Shown here: positions 1 to 14,309 of the stretch, one piece after another
How positions within the stretch are numbered: position 1 is the first letter of the stretch
How the letters are laid out: every line of letters begins with the position of its first letter
Assembly (NCBI RefSeq): GCF_964355755.1
Contig: NC_092674.1
Location: forward strand, 3,596,001 to 3,660,000
From: Antedon mediterranea
Lineage: Eukaryota > Animalia > Echinodermata
Direction: 5' to 3'
DNA: 64,000 bases
The notes under the pieces: generated by a model
The model's database searches: none
The model's input: the letters and a program-made list of their open reading frames with translations, nothing else
Told to the model about the DNA's origin: nothing
Translations under genes and position numbers: made by a program

Positions 1-422
1 TTTGAGCTGTACTTCCAAAGATCAACGTAGACAATCATTTACTGTTCATCAAAAACAAATCCTGAAATTTCTCACTAAACACAACACAACAGATAAATCC
101 ACTTATTCATGAATACTTTGCTATAATCAATTGTAAAGATTTCCTCTTTTTAGACAGATCAACTCTTCGCGTCAACACAAATGAATAAACTAAACTAATC
201 CAAAAAGAATAAACAATTGGACTTGCCTACCCGCCAAACATAGGATTTTCACTGGATAGCAGTCAAGATCTTTAGAATTATTTTGCAAGTTCCTTTGAAA
301 GGGATTCTCTCATGCTTACGTACACCCCCAGACATCCATGAGCGCTCAAGCATAATAGGAGAAATTTATGTGAATGTTCGGATACGTACAAATAAGCTAG
401 GCATTCAGGACAACAACCAATT

Positions 423-1010
423 AAAATGACAGCATCTTAACTGGATTTTCCAATGAAACAAACTGCAGTAATGGATACAATTACTTCAGTAAAAATTTGA
501 TAATTATAATAATAAATTTCAATATTAAAAACACAATTTGGTACATTAAATTATTTACGATACAAGAATACATTCAATACAATTTAATATATTAAATATT
601 TATGGTACTGTATTTACATTCAACTTTAACATAAAATGACAGCATCTTGACTGGATTTTCCAATGAAACAAACTGCAGTAATGGATATTACTTCAGTAAA
701 ATAATAATAATGATAATAAAATAAAAAAAATTCAATATTAAAAAACACAATAATATGTTAAACACAATTGGATATATTAAAAATTCATGACATTTATGTT
801 CGACTAACATAAAATGACAGCATCTTTACTGGATTTTCCCATGAAACAAACTGGAATAATGGATATTACTTCAGTAAAAATGTGGTAATATAATAATAAT
901 CAATTTCAATATTTAACAAACAAAAATTGGTACATTAAATTATTAACGATACAAGAGGATACATTCAACACAATTTGATATATTTAATATGGTATTTACG
1001 TTTGCCTTTA
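423..1010. repeat. Degenerate tandem repeat, ~190-210 bp unit x3
   Basis: AAAATGACAGCATCTT.ACTGGATTTTCC.ATGAAACAAACTG...TTACTTCAGTAAAA recurs at ~423, ~633 and ~811. Confidence 0.85.
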
Positions 1011-1297
1011 ACATGGATTCATCAAAGTGCATCAGTAAATAATACATTATTGCACATAATAAAATATTATTATTCTATTCATCATAGATATGAGTCACAA
1101 ACACTAATAAAAACAATTCAAACGTAATGTCTAATTTGACATTATTAAGAAAAATTCAATGTTTCAGACTAAAGTTTAAAAAGGGAACTTCCAGCGGAAA
1201 CTTTGATAAATTAATCAGGTCTATTGAACTATTGAATCAGTTCAATTCATAAAGACAATTGAGATAATACCATCAGGAAGAGTCTAGTGTGCCTTAA

Positions 1298-1476
1298 AGC
1301 TTGGTTCCCACTAGAACGTAACGCAAGGACGTAAACGCAATGCAAGCGTTTTAACCAATGACAAGCGAAGTTATAGACAATTAGCAATCACAAGCGTATA
1401 AGCCATCGCTTGTGATTGGTCACTTCACTTGTGTTGCGTTACGTCCTTGTGTTGCGTCGCTAGTGGGAACCACGCT
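1298..1476. mobile_element. MITE family A (PIF/Harbinger-like), ~180 bp
   Basis: TIRs AGCTTGGTTCCCACTAG...CTAGTGGGAACCACGCT, flanked by TAA/TTA. Related copies at ~14715-14875, 35364-35547, 36072-36307, 40678-40856, 59806-59972, 59987-60164, 60171-60308. Confidence 0.85.
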
Positions 1477-3737
1477 TTAAGGGGGATTTAGTAGAATAGT
1501 ACCAGAGGGGTGCTAAGCATAGTATTAAACAGTTTAAAATTTGCTTTGCTATAATGATGCTATCAGTGAATCCTTTAAAAAAAACATGGGGGGGGGGGGG
1601 GTGCGCGGAGTGTTGCCTACTGAAATGTGCCATGGTTTTCACTCACTTATATACTTGTTAAAAATGTAATCAATCCAATTATCCTTTCCCCTGTCCTTTG
1701 AGTAGTTATGTTAATAAAGGCATATTATCATGCATATCAGAAGTTAACATTGATCAATATTTTTGTTTATTAGTCAAGATACATTAGTTAAGGCTGAAAT
1801 GCATTAGGCCCTCAACACTTAAAAAACCGTTTCTATTAATATACATATAATATCCAACAACTGGGGCTTCTCAAATTAGTTCTTTCATCTGCTGTATTTA
1901 TTTTGACTTCAAATACATTTTTTGGGTTAAATGTTTGATAAATCTTCCCCCAGTAATGTTAACAAAAACATTAATAGAAACAGTACATATATCACAGTAA
2001 ACTATTGAACTCTCAATCTGCTAATACTTTACACAAATTATACAAATTAACGCGATTAATTCTAACCTCTTGATCTAGGAAGCTGTAAACAGTTAAATGC
2101 ACCGACACACAATTGCTCATTTGTGTCGTATAGAATTTCGTAAACAATACAATTAGCTCTTCAGTAGAGAATACAATAGCTGTATTTAGAAGAGGATGCT
2201 GTGATGTTTATGCACTAATAAATAAAAAAATAAAATAAATGTAGCATGTTTTTTTTCTTTGGCTTTTTATATTACAAAGTACATGTTGCTTACGGTAAAT
2301 GTCTTCCCCTAACACTCCCAAGAAAAGATGTTGTATTAATAGTTAGCAAAACATTGTAACAAATATAAATAATTCTGGAGATATTTTCCAACGCAACAAA
2401 CGTATGAAATAATATTGATTTGAACATGCTATAAATCTGTACCGAATAGATGTATTGAAAATTTGAATTACTAATAGAAATTTGATAGGAGCAAAATTAT
2501 GTTAACTTTCAACACAACACAGAGAAGTTGACCTTTATTAGTGCAGTAGTAATTGGCAGGGAAATTAATTAAACCACCCAAGATGCCAACAAATAAACCC
2601 GTCCCCCCCCCCCCACAAATGTTTTACAGAAACGGGAAAGAGACTATATGAATTTCTATGGCGCCAGTGCTGTGAGCTTTGAGGGTTACGTCTTGTTAAC
2701 GTTTAAACAAATATTTAGAATCTCATTCATAAAGTCTTTGAGTAGCCTGAAGTCATTTTACCATGTTTATTCCATCCCTTGTCAATCACGTCTGTGACAG
2801 TTTATTAAACATCACCAATCATTCATAGAAATCTGTCAATTTATGACATTTTAAGAATGAGAACTTGGTAAATAACTAGAACGTGTGTATAGTAACAACA
2901 ATATCATCACCAACAAAAACAACACTGTTGAAAGACTTGCATGGTATGAGAGTATTATATAAATAAAGTAATGCTTTCAATACAATCAGCAAAAAACATT
3001 CTTGAGAAAATCGAAATTTCTCCCAAGCATTTTATAAGTGAATACAGTAGGAACTGGGACACCCCTATTAAGAGGACCCTCTTCAAACTGACAACACATG
3101 TTTTAATGACAGCCAACCAACATTCAAGAACCTCTATTAAGGGGACACTTTGTGTTTTCATACAAAGCCAACTAACAGTCTAATTTCGACTTATCATTCC
3201 AGTGGAATAGACCCAAGTGCGAGAAATACAAGCATGACACTACAGCATTAAACCCTGGACCTGAAGGCAATCATTTTAACTACCAAAAACAAATACCGGT
3301 AATAGAAATATTAATATATATTACAATTATCAAAATAACTATTTAAAAAAAATTTATGTTTTTGGCCACTGAAATAGGAGATGTGCTTTATTACTCAAGA
3401 TATAGCAAAAATAATAGAATAATATTTGCATATCAAATTTAACATATTATTACAGGTGGTATATTATTTTATTACGCCTACGGACGGAGTACACTATTCA
3501 TAGTGTAACATATAGAAATAACTTTATTATTGAAGTAGAATAAACTGTATATACAGCAGTGTGACATACTATAAGAAGAATTGAATGAGTGCGAACTTAT
3601 AACACAAGTAATAAATAATCCCAAAAATAAACACACAAGAACATATCTATCAGTACAATGGCTTTATAGTTAACAATACACTATGTAAGCTGTTGCAACA
3701 CTGATAATTGACAACTTCCCATAGTACAAACTGAAAG

Positions 3738-4433
3738 AACTAGACCGTGACCTATAGTGTAAAACAAACTGCATTCTATGTCGTTTTAACTGTAGTTAGT
3801 TATAAGCAAAGGAAAACAGCATCAAACACCATGTTACAGGGCATTTCAACTACCGATAATAATATTTTTAAGAATTTAAGAACAGATTAACAATTTTTAA
3901 AAAGAGAAGGAACTAGACAGTGACCTACAGCATGAAAACAAACTGTATTCTATGTTGTTTTAACTGTAGTTAGTTATAAGCAAAGGAAAACAGCATCAAA
4001 CACCATGTTACAGGGCATTTCAACTACCCATAATAATATTTTTAAGAATTTAAGAACAGATTAACAATTTTTAAAAAGAGAAAGAACTGCTTGCTTAGAC
4101 AGTGACCTACAGCGTGAAAACAAACTGTATTCTATGTCGTTTTAACTGTAGTTTAGTTATAAGCAAAGAAAAACAAAATCAAACACCATGTTACAGGGCA
4201 TTTCAACTACCCATAATAACATTTTTAAGAATTTAACAGATTAACAATTTTTAAAAAAGAAATAACTAGACCGTGACCTACAGCGTGAAAACAAACTGTA
4301 TTCTATGTCGTTTTAACTGCAGTTAGTTATAAGCAAAAGAAAACAGCAACAAAAACCATGTTACAGGGCATTTCAACTACCCATAATAATATTTAAAGTA
4401 TTTAAGAATAGATTAACAATTTTTTAAAAGAGA
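3738..4433. repeat. Tandem repeat, ~175 bp unit x4
   Basis: AACTAGAC.GTGACCTA.AG...AAACAAACTG.ATTCTATG...CCATGTTACAGGGCATTTCAACTACC repeated at ~3738, 3911, 4090, 4264. Confidence 0.9.
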
Positions 4434-6842
4434 GGGAAAAGCAACAATGGAAATGCTTTGTTTTTTGTTAGTAAATCCTTCGTTGTTTTTTTTTTAAATC
4501 CTGTAATACTATCACTTTTGTTAGTATTATATTTTGTACATGTTATATTCTACACAAGTTTTCTGGTAAATAGTCCAATTCTTAAAAATCACTTTTGTTT
4601 ACTCTTGTATGTTATTATACCTCTGGACGCACCTTGATTCAAGAAGTGTGCCACTGTTTCAAAAGTGTATCTTCCAAAAATATAATTATTTTATTATTTC
4701 TATAGCACTTTATAAAGGTCATAGATAATAATTTTACTGGAACGGGAAACAAAACAAAAAATAGCTAAAAATAGGAATTTTTAAGAATTGTCGGCAAGAT
4801 TTCAGATTTGAACAGTACAGTATAAGATATTCTTGAATTCAAAGACAGTTTAATTTATTAATTATTTCATATCTGATATTCACACCTGTTTTGTCCATTA
4901 GTACTTAACAAATAATAAAACAGAATAATGAGAGGCAGTAGGAAAGAGAGAAAATTAAAAAGCCTGTGAAAATTGGTATAATGGTAGTATTACTATAAAT
5001 GTAAAACGCTCACTTTATATTAAAATGCCATAGAGGGCACACATGGAGCTATATACTGTAATAAAAGACATTAATGTATACAACTTACATCAAGATCTGT
5101 ACCCATCAGGTTGTGCAACATACGACCAACATCTGTAAATAATAAGGAAGAACAATCGTTATAAATGCTATGACAATGAACAATTTTATCCAAATTAAAA
5201 TAAATTACCATTGTTATCTCATAAATTACTATTATTCATTTTATTCATACTGTACTACACATGTACTAGTAGTAGTATTTAGTATCATTGTTTTTCTGTT
5301 ATTGTTGATGGTTGTGTTCATTATTCATATTAAAATATTTACATAAAATCATTTCCATAATAAATAATTGTATAAATATTTAGAATAAAAATGGAAAAAA
5401 AACTAGAGTATGGCTAAAAGAGAAAGAAACCTCAGATAGAAAAGGAAATTAATGTCAATAGAGGGGAAATTAATTTAAAAATGTGAGGTCACCTCACAGT
5501 TTCAATACTACCAAATATAATACAGTTTACATACACACAGTACTGAGACTATGGAACTAATTGTTGTTTATAAATTGCATTAAAAAAAATTAACAAGTTT
5601 CAACAGGAAAAAAGAGGTGGCAGTATACAAGTTTAACTTTTCTAATGTCAGAGTGTTGTAGCTATGTTGCAAAGTGTATTTATTTCACATCAAGAAAACA
5701 GTAACAACATTAAAAATAGTGCTAAATTACATTACAATTAACATTTTGTTCAGAAATTGTTTTAATTGAAAATAGTTGTTTACAAAATCAGAGAATACAT
5801 GGGATTGCTAAAACAATGGGAGAGCACCAGCATACATACTCTCATATACCCATGACCTTAAATTTAAGTTATGGTACTGTATCTATTGGAAGAATAGTAT
5901 AGATATAGACTAAGCTATAATAACTGTGACCTAGACAAAATATAAAAAAAATAACTTCACCTAACAATAAAATGGACACGCAGAGTAACAAATGAACAAG
6001 TATAAATAAAAGCATTAACCAAAACATTAATTAAAGATAAATATAAATCTCACGATTGGTATAAGTGACTCTCTGGTGTCAACAGGAACGGCTGTGAAAT
6101 GCACCTAGTCTATCTAGTTGATACAGTAGATGTGATAGGTGCATACTAAAAACACACAATCAGTTGACATTTTAACGCTTAAATGGACGTTTTCAATAAC
6201 CTACTTCTAGATGTTAAAAAGCAAGGGTATTGCTTTACAATTAAACTCTAAGAAAAACAACAGTATAGCTTTACTACCTGCTATGAAACTGTTCAGTTTG
6301 TTTTAAAAAGTTAGGTAATGAAGTGTAAGGTACTTGGTAATTGGGCTTTTGTTGTCAAGCACTTGCGGAAATGTTAATCATACAGAAAACAAACACACGG
6401 AGAATCACGTCACAGGCATACCAAGGACACAGCGTTCTGGGGCTGTTTTGATTTCAAGGAAGTGGAGAAGGGATGAAAAGTAGGACCTTAGGATTGCTTG
6501 AGAACAGACAAGGAAAGGGAACAGAGAGGGATGAACAGAGTATAGGCTGAACAGAGAGGGGTACTAGAGTAGAGAGGAGGTACTCAAGAAGAAGAGAGAG
6601 GGTACAGTGCTAGAGAAGGAGTAACTACAGAAGGAGAGAGGGGGTACTAGAGAATAAGAGCGAGGGGGTACAGTACTAGAAAAAAAGAGGGGGTACTAGA
6701 GGAGTAACTAAATAAGGAGACCAGAAAAGACAAAGTAAAGGAAGAAAATAGTTTTTAGATTTAGATACGGTCTCTTTTGATATTGTGTAACTCCTGTGTA
6801 ATGGAAACAAACAAATTTATTAGGTAAAAATTAAAAACATAC

Positions 6843-9800
6843 CATAATTAGAAGTACACAGATGATCATCATAGTATCCCTCTTCATTAATGGGAAACAT
6901 AAAATGTTCATGTTGCTGACCAAAAGAGGGCGTGCTTGGGCAGGTAAAAGAAGAATATATTGGTAGAGATAATCGTCTCAGATTAAAATCTCTTACAGCC
7001 GTCTTTGGAGTTTCGAGAGGCTGACTGTGACGACGAGCGACATCTGAAACTGTGTTATCGTTCTGCTCCTTTTTGAACCAGTTAAACGTTGGACTTGTTG
7101 GGCAAGTTTGGCTGTCTCTGGTTCGATTTTTTGATGTCGGGATGTTGATAGCATATGGTGGTATGTATTCAAATCCCAGAGGTTCTCTCAGAGTTTGTTT
7201 ATTCTCTTTAGTGCTATGTTCTTGGTCGGAAATACAAGTCTGTAGTTTTGGATTATGAAGCAGATTTCCTTCTATGAATGAATTATTTAACTCGGAAGTA
7301 ATGCTAGCAGGTGGTGCACTTTTGGAAAGAAATGTTGCACTGTTTGCTCTTGCACGTTGTCCTCTACTAATTGATGTTTTTCCTTCAGTCTCGCTTTCAA
7401 AACCATCATGGGTATTATCTGTTATATTGCAAAAGCTGATTTCTAAAGATGAGTCGCTTTCAGAAGTAACAGATATTGAATTATCCACCTCAAAATTCAT
7501 CAGCATCTCAAGCTGTTCAAATTCTTTGTCATCATCTAATGAGGTCATTTCCTCTTTCTCTACCAAAGCTAGAATTTCAGAACTGTTCAAGTTTTTATCA
7601 TGCTTATCAAACTTATTGTAGCAACTTGTGTCATCTTCTTCCTTTGAAGCTGCTGTGGGGCTTTTCAACATCTTCTTTTCCAATTTTGAAAATTCTAAGA
7701 AAAAGTAAAAAGAATTAATATTATACAAGTATAATACTGTACGTAGACATCACCAATAATATCACGACATAAATGTGTATAATGAATGTTCCAAAGTTCA
7801 ACATGTTCAATGTTGAACTTTGATGAACTTAATGTTATCTGGGTTTTTAGACTTGATACCTCATTATTTATTTTTTACTAATCAAATAGGCTTAGAAGGC
7901 ATTAGATGGGCATTTGAACACACGTACACATTTAACCTACTTTTAATTTAACTTTCTGTTATAGATCAACATAACATTGATTATTTTTTCTTGTCCACAT
8001 GGAATCATGGTTGACTACTATTAGTAGAAATGAAGTTATCAATATAATTGTCTCACTGACATAACATACTATACTGACATAAAATGTAACATACCATCAA
8101 CCATCTTGGTTTCAGAGGATGGCAGTTTTAAGAAGTCTGTCTTTTTCTTGATTGCTGACTGCTGAAATGTATCCAACTTAATAACTTGATGTTTTTCAAT
8201 TCCACTGCCACTTCTGTTAGCTTTAGAAAGCTGTGTTTCCTTGTCTTGATGAAAAGTTAAGTTACTCTTATTTCCTGATTTAGTATCCAAGATTGTCTCT
8301 TCAGAGTTTATAGTGATCGATATGTTTGATTCTGCCTCTTCACATGTTGAAGATCCTTCTACTGAAGATTCATCTGCATCTAAAAGAATATTTTTACTGA
8401 TCATTTGGCTTTCTTTTGCAATTTCGTTCCATATATCATTATTATCCTCTGTAAATTCGCTTGAATTCGGAGAGCAACTAAACTGCAAACTCTTGTGTTG
8501 AGATCCTTTCTCACTAGATATGTTATCATCCTCTGGTTGAAAATGTCTGTCATTGATATGTTCGTTCGATGGAATTACTTTAATCTGCAACTTAGGAGAT
8601 GTCTTGGTATTCACAACCACATTAGAAATACCTTTCACTTCTGTTGAGACATCTTGAAAGCATACATCTGTCAGTGCATTATCTTCATGTTCAAAGTTTG
8701 ATAAATCCTCCAGATTTTCAGATTCGATTGGATCCACATTATTAACAATTTTAGGTCTAGTAACTGGTTTCACAATCCTACAAGATGGTGGTGATTGTCC
8801 TTTTTTAATATTTACTTTATTAAATCCAAAGGAAGATTTACGACTGGTAGAATTTCTCTTTGTTTCTGATAAAGGTTTCTTGGATCCTGTTGAAAAGGTT
8901 TTTGTTAACTTTTGCTTTTCCAATTGAGGAATTGCCAATTTCTGCCCATAAGCAGGAAGGGTAGAGGAAAGAGGTCTTTGCTGTCTTTTACTTTTTGAAG
9001 GTCTAACAATTTGTTGACTGCTTCGGGTTACTTTAATAACTGAATCAGTTATCGATTTTATTGAAACTTGTGGAAATTTAAGTTTTGGTTTGGGAATAGT
9101 TTTGCTTGGCGGCCTAGGACTTGTAGGTATGACAACAGGGTTATTTGACATGTTAGGATTGGAAGGTGCTTGTTTGGGAATAGTTTTACTTGGTGGCCTA
9201 AGACTCCCAGGTTTGGCAACAGGTTTATTTGGCAACATGTTAGGATTGGAAGGTTCTAGTTTGCCAATGGTTTTACTTGGTAACATTTTACTGGAAGTGA
9301 CAGGTTTAATAATCTGTTTCTTCATTGGTAATTGTATTGTCCTTTTTTTGTCAAGTTTTCCATTTGAAGCTGTTGGTTGAACAATTTGACTATTGTGACT
9401 TCCAAAACTATCATTTTGTTTTACACTTTCACTATTATTTGGGTTTATTATTGAAAAATTCCGAGAAGAAAATCCAAATGTTTTCTTGCCTGTGGCAGCA
9501 TTGCCTGTGGCAGCAGTCAATAAAGATGTTAGTTGAGCAGACAGACCAGTAGGAACATCTGTAGACATTTGCTTTGAATTACTTCTATCAATTTTGTTAA
9601 ATCCAGGTATGTTTCTTGCTGTATCTGGTAATACTTTCTTGCTTGTAGTTGCCAATTTCACATGTGAAATTGCGACAGATGATGATGAGTGTTGAAGATT
9701 CGATTGAAGAGTAGTAATATCTGAGGATCCATTCATTTTCTTTGAGTTACTTTTATTAGGGGAAATTGTTGAATTTGTATTTGAAGGCGTAACCATCACA

Positions 9801-12114
9801 GAAGGTTGTTCTAGATTGGACTGAGTAGTAACAACAGAAGATCCTTTCATTTGCTTTAAATTACTTTGACCGACTCTGTTCAATCCTGGTATAGATCTTG
9901 TGGCATCAGCTGGTGGTGTATTTGTCGCTGTTCCATATTTTATTTTACTTAATGTCTGTTTTTCGTTTGATTCATTTTCAATTTCAATACTTTTTTTTCG
10001 CTCCAATAGTCGTGCAACCACACTCATCAATTCTTCTTTTCTTTGTTCCCCTTGTGCTGCAAATTTTTCTTTCACATCAGTTGTTGAAGGTTCTGTTCTT
10101 TTATACTCAATCCTATTGCATTTATTATAAACTGGTTGGTCTTTTGTATTTTCCATTATTTTACTGGTTGAATGAGCAACATTTGTTGTTTTAGAAATAT
10201 TTTCTTTCTTTATTGATTCATTAGACATGCCATCATTTTGGGAAAAATCATCTGTATTTGATAAAGTATTCTGGTCATCATTTGAAAATGGTTGGGATCT
10301 TTTTCGCAACACAATAGATTTTTTGTCCGACATCGGCTGAAGTTTTGACAATTTTGAAGCAGCAAGATTAGGCTTTAGTACTGAACGAGGTTTTAATCCC
10401 GAATTCTGCATTTTTGTAGTTAGCACTTTTAGATCTTTTTCTGGTTGCGTTCCAGAAGACTGGGGTAACTTTGAAGATATTATTGATGCAGGTTTTTCTG
10501 TTGAATAATTAAGCTTCAATGAAGATGACCTTTGAATTTTTGAATGTTCTAAGGACTTTCCTTTCAGTGATGTAGTAACTTGACTAAATGTTTGAGTTTC
10601 AGACTTCTCTGAATTAGGTATATAATTATACTTAGTAGTGACGTTTTTAAGAACAGGCTTCTCCAAAGTTCCTTCATTTCTATTCTTAGATACATCAGCA
10701 GATTTATGTCTTTGTATTTTTTGTGGTTGTTGAAGTGTTCTTTTGGGTGCATTCAACAGGTCTGACGGCACTTTTCCAGTAGATACCTGAGGTATCATCA
10801 TTTTAGATTTTCCACTAGGAATTGAACTTGTTGAAGCATGCATTGATGGAACTGAATCATTTTCAACGACAACAGGAGCAGGTTTCTTGAAAGTTGGTAA
10901 ACCGGATCTCTTAATGCGGGATTTTTCTGACAAAGAGAAAAACAAATAAACAAATGTTTGATATAATATATAATAAAATAACAAATACAGTACATTTCCA
11001 CAAATGACTTAAGATAAATAGGGAGTGAGTAAAGTTTATTATTATATTACATAATGGGCAGTGGCAAAACGCAGGGGATAAAGGCCCTTGATTTAGCACT
11101 CCTAAGGTGCCCTTTAATGCTGGGTTACATTGAACTGCTCAGGCTTTGGGACCCATTAAAGCTCTGGCGTTTAGCCAGTGACCGCCCATAGATGTTACGC
11201 CACTGGATGCCAGACTAGAAATAGTACTAGAATATGACAGCAGGGTTAAATTTTTTTATTTTTAGTTTTGATATTGTAAAAGTAACAACTTGCATTCATA
11301 CCTGGTATAAGACCACCTGCTACAGGAACACGACTCATTGGAATACTTGAAACCTTGTGTGGGACATTGGATACTTTCATGGTACACTCAATAGATTTTG
11401 CTCTATCATTTTTAGAAACTGACTGTTGATCCAGATCTTCACATTTCTTTCTTGCATCATCTGTTGAAATACAGTTTAATTATTGTTATTACATCTTTTC
11501 AAATATCGATACGCAATTTCACAAATATTGAATAGCACAGGATATTATAAAATATTACTAAACATTATGAATTTCAGTGATTAGAAAGAAAAATTAGAAT
11601 GCATTCAGAACATTATAGGACTCTTTTTGGCATCAATCTCAATATTTTTGCCTGTTCTGTATCAAATGTAATTTTCTGTAATTTCTTTGAATATCCTTTG
11701 GATGTACAGTACATAAAATGTAATTATAAATATTGCAATATCATTGGCAAAACACATGATACCATACTTTCTACTTAATATTATCATTATCACGAGTGAT
11801 GAGTGATTATAAAGCCATTACATACTATCATATTGCAATAAAAAAGTGAAACATACAGTATATTGCATGTAGCTCTCCATTAATAGACAAACAACACAAT
11901 CCCAATTAAATAGGTGTACAAATATTTTAAATAAACTGGTTAGATTTGGTGAACATAGTTAATGCTACAGGTTATAGTACAATATCACAATAATCCATTT
12001 ACAGCTAATAGATTATGGATACAACAAACTAATACATATAAAATAAATAATAATACTAACAATTGTTAAATATTAAATTTGAATTCCTTTACCTGAATTA
12101 CTCAATTCTTCCAT
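6843..12114 (-). CDS. 5' exons of a large low-complexity Ser/Lys/Pro/Asn-rich protein (>1280 aa so far; 3' exons not located)
   Basis: Phase-consistent exons 12114-12093 (MEELSNS), 11460-11302, 10926-8095 and 7694-6843, all with AG/GT boundaries. They include the 971-aa and 302-aa ORFs; the last exon ends at a phase-1 donor (G|GTATGT). Confidence 0.75.
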
Positions 12115-13278
12115 GACAGTGTCCAACAATAAATATTAAGTCGTCGTTTTCTCAATACACATGGCCTTGCCACACACAGTCATTCAGTCAACTATATTGA
12201 CAATAAAGACCTAAAAAACTCCTACTCAACTCTCGAACTTCTAAGCAAACAATATGAATTGTATTCCACACTAAACTGTGTATGGTTATAGATAGTAATC
12301 ACAATATACATATTGAAAGTATACATACGAGGCTCAACTTTGACCTGAATACGACATACAAGTCATATTGAGGATATAACGTCAGTTTTAGGCTTATTTA
12401 CGGATAATAACAATTTTAACAAGTGCTTCTCAGAATAATTAAATTAAAAAACAAATGACAGGAAGTGGAGTATTATTCAACAAAGAGTCACTTCACAACA
12501 ATTATCAACTTTAAAGGAAGCACGAATATTTACGGTTTTAAAAATAAAAATTGTAAAATATCTAGTGTCCAAGGTTCAGTATGTATTTCCTCTCTAGACA
12601 CGATTAGTTCACATTTCCCTAGATACAACATGTTTGCAGAACGATAACATTATTTTCCAATCAAAACAAACGAATCAAGTTGAATTGGAAAATGTACTGA
12701 TAACATTGGCAATCAACAATATTACAATTTATTACTTTATTAAATTGTAATAAAAAAAAAAATTTTAATACAATAAATATTAATAACAAATTAAATAAAA
12801 TAATAAAAATAAGCATTTAACATATGCCATAATATCCAAAACAAAAATTACTGCAATACATTAAACAATTACGATAGTTAAAATGATTAAAACTATGTTA
12901 CATGATCTAACTTAATAACTGTCGGTAAAATTTTAAAATAAAATAAATATAAAAGTGATGTTTGAAACTGATAAATCACTTATAAAAAAAAGTTTTAAAA
13001 AGTTAAAAATTACCTTCAGAAAATTTGTATCATTTTTAAAATTATTTTCTCCAAATATCAACTTCCAAGATCTGAAAAGGAACTCACAGTGTTTAAAACA
13101 ATAACATTATTGATTTGATTTGTTGTTCTTGCTTGAAAGGGCGTGCACTAAAGTGTTTTATGTTGTGGATGGGCGTGTCTGATTCAAATGTAATATTTTA
13201 TAACAAACATCCTATACTTACAGTACTAGAATCAGTTCAACACAAAATTCAGCGATTTTTGTTAATATATAGAATTAA

Positions 13279-13598
13279 AGATGTATTGTCCCCCTGAAAA
13301 AATAATTCTTAACATTTTTGTTGTTGAATATGCCATTTTAATTTTCACCTAATAAATATCCACTTTGACCAAAAATTGGATCGAAAAAAAATGTATATTT
13401 CCTAAAAAAATGTAATTTAAAGCAAGCCAGTCAATGGTTTTTTGGTTGAATTTAACCATTTATTTTGTCATTTTATAAGTGATAACATTAATTGTTCCCA
13501 TTTTTTTTTTCTACGAAAGTGAATAACTTGATTAAAACTAAAAAATAATCTATTCAAAGTCTGATTTTATTTTTCATGTTTTTGGGGACAATACATCA
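13279..13598. mobile_element. Non-autonomous TTAA-targeting element (Kolobok-like)
   Basis: TTAA|AGATGTATTGTCCCC...GGGGACAATACATC. Related copies at ~41918-42176 (TTAA on both sides) and a partial one ending ~40237. Confidence 0.6.
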
Positions 13599-14309
13599 TA
13601 TAAAAACATGAAGAAAAAAATGATAAAGGAGAAAACGCTATATTTCATGATATAATAAATTTTATTTACATTCAATCCTATTTCATATAGTATAGTATTT
13701 ATTGAACATTGCAGCATTCAGTATGTTTAGATAAGGTCAAGTTTTATTTCATCATAATACTGTTTGTCATAATTATCTAAATGTCAAAAGAATTTCAGAT
13801 ACTTAAACATCATAAAATGTTATCAATATAAATATTATTAAATAAATCATTTACCGTAACAGCCATTCACTAATATTTGGAAACCAAGAATATTTCACTT
13901 TGCCATAATCATTGCTAATATTTATAAATTAGTTTCATTATTATCGCCACTGACAAGTAAATTCTTAGATTCTTATACATCATTTTTAAATCAGCATTAT
14001 TCTAAATAATCATATTATATTTGTCATTATAGGATGCATTTATAACAATAGAATACATTTTCTTTATATTAATACAACACCATTCCATTAATACTTGAAT
14101 TGTTTTTATTAAAAGTTAATAGATAGATAGATGAATCATTTTAAATGTTATCACTACAATTATCGATATTTTGATGTTCAGTTCCTTAACTTTTTCCTAG
14201 GCACTTTTCTTGTTAAAAGATTAAAAAACTTATTTTGCAAAAGGCCCCATTACAATTTATTTCACCATGCACATTTCAATTACTGTATCCACTAGAGATG
14301 GCACAACAC

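Noticed and set aside
1-420. Possible decayed LINE 3' end or further exon of the - strand gene
   Set aside because: Only a faint RINNW..LP resemblance with multiple stops; not supportable
6470-6750. Purine-rich AG tract
   Set aside because: Low-complexity intronic sequence with no defined unit or supported function
7052-10752. Multiple 60-115 aa ORFs overlapping the long - strand exons
   Set aside because: Antisense or alternative-frame shadows of the real exons
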